Positions 59,626-64,000 of a DNA stretch of 64,000 nt are shown here, piece by piece. How positions within the stretch are numbered: the stretch's first letter is position 1; each line of letters starts with the position of its first letter. The position numbers were made by a program, and so were the translations under genes. The notes beneath the pieces were generated by a model, which worked only from the letters and a program-made list of their open reading frames with translations, did no database searches and was not told where the DNA came from. Source of the stretch: Candidatus Poseidoniaceae archaeon (GTDB lineage Archaea; Thermoplasmatota; Poseidoniia; Poseidoniales; Poseidoniaceae); the NCBI GenBank assembly GCA_949373095.1, contig CASIBY010000003.1:164084-228083 (forward strand), read 5' to 3'.

Positions 59626-60721
59626 ATGAGCGATGACCACAGCGCCCGAGCAGGTTCCCTGAATACTTCCCTTCAATCGGTTTCAATGGAGATTGATGAT
59701 GATGATGAAGATATCATCATGGTCGTTGTAGAATTGACAAACGAATCTGCCATTCCAGTTGGGGGGTTATCTGCCGCTCTCGTGAGCGACAAAGGTCAAC
59801 GGTTCGACCCCATCGACGGGATTAGTTCGATTGGACCTGGCTTAACTCGACAATTTAAGTTTGAAGCGTCTATTGATTCCGGTGAATGGACGTTTGAATT
59901 CAACGGAGGCGGCCATGCGATCTCGTTAGGCCCATATGCTGCAGATTTTGAATTTCAAGCTGACCAGGGCCGGAAGGTTGGCAACGCGATCGGTTCGAGT
60001 CTGTTCAGTGGAGCATTCGATAACCACCTAGATGACTTTGGTTCTACAGAAGAACGTGGAATTATTGATGCTGGAACCATCGCGATGACTTCGTATTTTG
60101 GTGAAAACAGTGAAGGTGGGTCGACAAAGGTTGTCCTTGGCGAAGCAGGCAATGTAGAGGAAGAAGACGGACCTCGCAAACCGCCGTGGCAGAGCGAAAA
60201 GCCCACTGCTGCGGAGCCAGCAACGCCTCCTGCTACCAGCCCCGACCCGCTTCTTGCACCACTCACTCCACTGGCATCTGTAACACCACCAGTTGCCGAG
60301 CCTACTCCTGAGGCTGTAACTCCGCTTCAACCGCTCACAGTATCCGAGCCTGTGGAAGAACCAACACCCGCTCCAAAACCCGCCCCCAAGACAGCAGCAA
60401 CCCCACCACCTCTCCCCACCTCTTCGAAAGCAACTTCTGGCCCTCCTAGCGGTCCACCGTCCGGTTCTCCTAGCGGTCCACCCTCCGGTCCTCCAAGCGG
60501 TCCACCTTCCGGCTCCTCCTAGCGGTCCACCTTCCGGTCCACCTTCCGGTCCTCCTAGCGGTCCACCTTCCGGTCCACCTTCCGGTCCTCCTAGCGGTCC
60601 ACCGTCCGGTCCTCCTAGCGGTCCACCGTCCGGTCCTCCTAGCGGTCCACCGTCCGGTCCTCCTAGCGGTCCACCGTCCGGCCCTCCTAGCGGCCGACCG
60701 TCTCGCCCTGATGAGCTCTGA
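59626..60721 (+). CDS. Protein with globular N-terminus and Pro-rich (GPPS)n tail; +1 frameshift at ~60513
   Basis: ORF stops at TAG 60520-60522 inside the repeat; removing the extra C in the 13-nt unit continues GPPS to TGA 60719-60721, adjoining the SD of the next gene. Confidence 0.75.
60439..60691 (+). repeat. 12-bp coding tandem repeat, 21 units (GGT CCW CCN TCC/AGC = GPPS)
   Basis: Direct reading; unit 7 (60511-60523) is 13 nt. Confidence 0.95.
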
Positions 60722-60730
60722 GGTGATTAT

Positions 60731-61003
60731 GTGTCAGACGGATTTGCAATGGAACTTTGCGGCAACCAATTGGCCTGGAAAATTGTCCCAGAAGGCATTG
60801 ATTCGGTGAATTTAGACAACGTAGGTTCTGCAATAGAGGCTTCAGGATACATTGTCGAGGTCCGTTCAATGTTGTGTTGGACATTCACTGGTCCTTGTGA
60901 CTTGACACTCTATCCTAGTGGAAAACTGTTGGTGAAATCGAAAGACAGAGAACTGGCCAATAATGTCGCTCGTCTTCATGTGACGCAGTGGGCTCTATCG
61001 TGA
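60731..61003 (+). CDS. Small hypothetical protein
   Basis: GAGGTGA SD; LTLYPSGKLLVK beta-hairpin. Confidence 0.7.
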   Translation: MSDGFAMELCGNQLAWKIVPEGIDSVNLDNVGSAIEASGYIVEVRSMLCWTFTGPCDLTLYPSGKLLVKSKDRELANNVARLHVTQWALS

Positions 61004-61012
61004 GGGGACTCC

Positions 61013-61609
61013 ATGATCGGTGAACAAACGCTTCATCATCTTCGTAACAACGGTGTCGTCGCCTATCCTACTAGCACACTTCCTGGATTGGCCTGTATGC
61101 CTACGGCGGAAGGGTTGGATGCACTTTTCACTCTAAAAAACAGACCCCGAGACAAACCCGTCAGCCTTGGAGTTCTTTCGTTAGAACAAGCCTCAACACT
61201 CGTTCATGTTGATGCTGAGATTCGTGAATTGGAAGCCTCTTTTCCGAAAGGGGGACTGACATTTATTCTCCTAGCACAGACTCCTCTAGACGAACGCCTT
61301 GGTGGTTCATTTGTGGCAGTTCGGTGTCTTGCGAACCCAATCGCTCGTGAGTTGGTTGCCGCAGTAGGACCGATTACAGCTACCAGTGCGAATGAATCAG
61401 GTGAAGAACCTCAAATGACATCAGAAGATGCAGGAGCTGAACTTGGCCTCATGCCGTTCGCAATTCTTGAGGGGGATTGCCCGGGTGGTTTGGGCAGTAC
61501 AATCATCAAAGTAACAGATGGCGGAGATGCTGGCCGGGTGGTAACTGTTATGAGAGAGGGCGTTGTACCTAGACATGAAGTGGTTGAATGGTGGAAGAAT
61601 CGCAACTGA
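61013..61609 (+). CDS. Threonylcarbamoyl-AMP synthase (short TsaC/YrdC-type Sua5)
   Basis: VAYPTST..GL, LKNRPRDKP, AVR, TATSANESG, STII. Confidence 0.9.
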   Translation: MIGEQTLHHLRNNGVVAYPTSTLPGLACMPTAEGLDALFTLKNRPRDKPVSLGVLSLEQASTLVHVDAEIRELEASFPKGGLTFILLAQTPLDERLGGSFVAVRCLANPIARELVAAVGPITATSANESGEEPQMTSEDAGAELGLMPFAILEGDCPGGLGSTIIKVTDGGDAGRVVTVMREGVVPRHEVVEWWKNRN

Positions 61610-62601
61610 AGTATTGGCGGGATGCAGGCCATGTTGCTCGCCGAACCTTGGAAGCCATGAAACTCGAATTGCAACCTGGTAAAACCTTTCATGAAATTAT
61701 TGAATCTGCAGAACGCTTCATTCATCGGCACGGTGGAAAGCCTGCATTTCCAGCAACAATTGCAGTGAACGACATGGCGGCACACTTCACTACGAATCAC
61801 CTCATCGATGGTGTTGACGGATGGGATAACGACAATGTTTTGTCAAATGGCGATTTGGTCAAAATTGATTTTGGAGTTCACATCAAAGGACACATCGGCG
61901 ACAACGCTCTGACCATGGAAATCGGAAATTCAAACAACCACACTGAACAAATTAAGGCTGCAAAAGAGGCTCGTGACGCAGCAGTTGAGATGCTTCATCC
62001 TGGAACGCCCTGGTACAAAGTTGGACAAGCTGCTGCTCAACCCTCTCTTGACGCAGGATTCCAACCGATTCGTAATCTATGCGGTCACCAACTCAAGCCT
62101 TGGGAACTTCACGCAGGAGTTTCTGTTCCATCCTATGCTTGTGGCAAAGACAATCAAGGATTTAGGGGGGTAGTCGAAGAGGGTTCCATTTACGCCGTAG
62201 AGCCGTTTAATACCACGGGGCCTTCAGGTATGATCGAGAACATTGGCTCTCCTCATTCTTCAAACATTTATCGCGTAACCGGACTTACCACGTCCAAGAA
62301 AGCGAGAGCCAAAAATCAGCTAAAGCCTCTTGGTGCCCAAATGGCTCGAAATTTCGAGGAGCGTTACTCAACACTTCCTTTTGCTGAACGCTGGGCCTTC
62401 CCTATGCTCAAGAAACCCTTCCCCGATGCTGATGAAGTTAGCCTTCAAAGCAAATGGAATGCACTCGTCAAGAAACTGATCAGCATACGCTTCTTGGAAA
62501 CATATCATGTACTCCGTTGTAAGGACGGAGGCAACATTGCTCAATTCGAACACACGGTGCATGTTACCTCGGGTGGGCCTGAAATTTTGACCGTAGAATG
62601 A
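61588..62601 (+). CDS. map: Methionine aminopeptidase type II
   Basis: PAFP, AAHFT, KIDFGVHIKGHIGD, NLCGH, LHAG, AVEPF, AQFEHT. Confidence 0.96.
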   Translation: MVEESQLKYWRDAGHVARRTLEAMKLELQPGKTFHEIIESAERFIHRHGGKPAFPATIAVNDMAAHFTTNHLIDGVDGWDNDNVLSNGDLVKIDFGVHIKGHIGDNALTMEIGNSNNHTEQIKAAKEARDAAVEMLHPGTPWYKVGQAAAQPSLDAGFQPIRNLCGHQLKPWELHAGVSVPSYACGKDNQGFRGVVEEGSIYAVEPFNTTGPSGMIENIGSPHSSNIYRVTGLTTSKKARAKNQLKPLGAQMARNFEERYSTLPFAERWAFPMLKKPFPDADEVSLQSKWNALVKKLISIRFLETYHVLRCKDGGNIAQFEHTVHVTSGGPEILTVE

Positions 62602-62960
62602 CGTTTAAACCACGGATTCCCCTTCAAAAACCAATATAAACCGTGAAATCATGGGGTTACATGAACAGGGCTGTTGAAGTTCTCGTTTGAGTGCATCCCA
62701 TCCCCTCCGCGTTTCTCTCACCCTGTTCACCTTTACTTCACCAATAGCCGTCAGGCTAGTTTCGTTATTTTCGCGGAAACCTAAGTCCTACAAATCATAT
62801 GCTCCACTCGCTTGGCGCGGAAAACACCAAAAAGTAACATTTGAAGAAACCCCCTTTTTTGCTATTTTTAGGCTTCTACGCGAATTAAATAGACAATATT
62901 GTTTAATATGACGACGGCTGTGGTATCGTTACCCCCCGAAAGGGGAAGGAGGACAAAAAT

Positions 62961-63476
62961 ATGAAAAATGAAAACCAAAATGAAGAAGCTGTCAGCCCAG
63001 TTATCGCTACCATCTTGATGGTCGCAATCACTGTTGTACTGGCTGGTGTGCTGTACGTATGGGCTAGCTCCCTTGCTGAAGGCAACACCGACGGAAACCT
63101 GACCTTGTACGTCTTTGACGGAGAGGACGCCAGTGGTGCACCAAGTGCAGCAACTGACGACAACCTTATCCGCATGTCAATGACCAAGGGAGAAAACATC
63201 AACTGGGCCAACCTAAAGGTCCAAATTGAAGTTGACAACGCTGCACCTGTTACCTGTGACAACCCAGGACAGGACTCTGGCGCTGTTTGCTTGTTGGTGC
63301 CTTTCGAAGGTGATGGCGGCCAATTCTGGTCTGTTGGTGACGGTGTTACCATCCAAGAGAGCGGACAAGACCTTTGCGCTACTTCGTGTACCATTGACGT
63401 TGCCATCACGGACACCCGTGAAGGAACTGTCATTGACAACACCAACAACGTTCAAGCAGAAGCAGACCAAGCTTGA
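62961..63476 (+). CDS. Archaeal type IV pilin (class III signal peptide)
   Basis: NEEA/VSPVIATILMVAITVVLAGVLYVW; AGGAGG SD at 62947-62952; four Cys in the globular part. Confidence 0.92.
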   Translation: MKNENQNEEAVSPVIATILMVAITVVLAGVLYVWASSLAEGNTDGNLTLYVFDGEDASGAPSAATDDNLIRMSMTKGENINWANLKVQIEVDNAAPVTCDNPGQDSGAVCLLVPFEGDGGQFWSVGDGVTIQESGQDLCATSCTIDVAITDTREGTVIDNTNNVQAEADQA

Positions 63477-63541
63477 AGCTGGTCTAAGCCCTTAGGGCAA
63501 CTGTAAGGACACTTCCACGTTTGATCACAAACGTGAACATC

Positions 63542-63580
63542 GCCTCCTCGTTGACTTCGGTCGGCGAGGAGGCCTTTTTT
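63542..63580 (+). terminator. Hairpin plus T-tract terminator after the pilin gene
   Basis: gcctcctcg-ttgac-TTCG-gtcgg-cgaggaggc followed by ctttttt. Confidence 0.8.
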
Positions 63581-64000
63581 AATTTTCAAATTCAACAATC
63601 ATCGCTTCTCTAACATCGGCGTGTTGCTGCCACATGTGCAAAGAACGCCCACGTGCAGATGTGACCAGTGAGCGCATGAGTAGTTCCATGCTAGAGAGCC
63701 ATTGGCCAAGTAACGAAAGTGGCCCTGAGGTTTTTCCACTCCGAGCACGCCACCACAATCCAAGCATGATCGCTTCCATGGTGAATAGACCCATGTGGAG
63801 AGAGTTTGCGAGCGTAAAGGTAGCAGGCCAGCCGTAAAGACCGATAAAGCCCCAGCGCAATAACGCACTTATCGAGGCGATTCCAACTGCGAGAGGAGCG
63901 GTAATGTGAAAATGGAATTGGCGCTTCATGATTTTACTGAATACTCCATGACGCCCACCTGCCCCATCCTTCCTTCTTCGAACCAACAGGCGCTGAAGTC
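63579..64000 (-). CDS. Membrane protein, 5' end probably beyond the window
   Basis: ORF 63579..63986 with hydrophobic helices; frame stays open to the window edge. Confidence 0.55.
   Translation of the reverse strand, partial: LQRLLVRRRKDGAGGRHGVFSKIMKRQFHFHITAPLAVGIASISALLRWGFIGLYGWPATFTLANSLHMGLFTMEAIMLGLWWRARSGKTSGPLSLLGQWLSSMELLMRSLVTSARGRSLHMWQQHADVREAMIVEFEN

Noticed and set aside
60439-60691. Tandem repeat as a CRISPR array
   Set aside because: Contiguous 12-bp units without spacers, varying at synonymous positions; it is a coding GPPS repeat and no cas genes are present

Overview
Archaeal chromosome segment, very probably Marine Group II Euryarchaeota (Poseidoniales); the lineage is inferred from gene content and style. 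Archaeal markers are TFB, FEN1 with a PIP box, archaeal phosphopantothenate synthetase, type II MetAP, Trm11, a Pcc1-like protein and an archaeal type IV pilin. They sit among bacterial-type genes (homodimeric AceE, ATP-dependent PckA, FumC, RNase HI, GcvH, glutathione peroxidase, short topoisomerase IB). Most of the window is dense housekeeping sequence with one tRNA-Arg(TCG). Two accessory, partly AT-rich patches (~1-5.2 kb and ~30.1-33.7 kb) hold gene fragments, hairpins, an SPFH operon with an Arc-like regulator and a clear operator, and an RDD protein with a duplicated RHH-like N-terminus. Several real small genes are missing from the ORF track (Arc-like, Hc1-like, a Cys-tailed peptide). 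Three genes (fumC, pckA, a GPPS-repeat protein) carry +1 frameshifts in the same CTC context. I saw no CRISPR array, integrase, transposase or rRNA, and no complete novel system is demonstrable from sequence alone; the best candidates are listed as findings.
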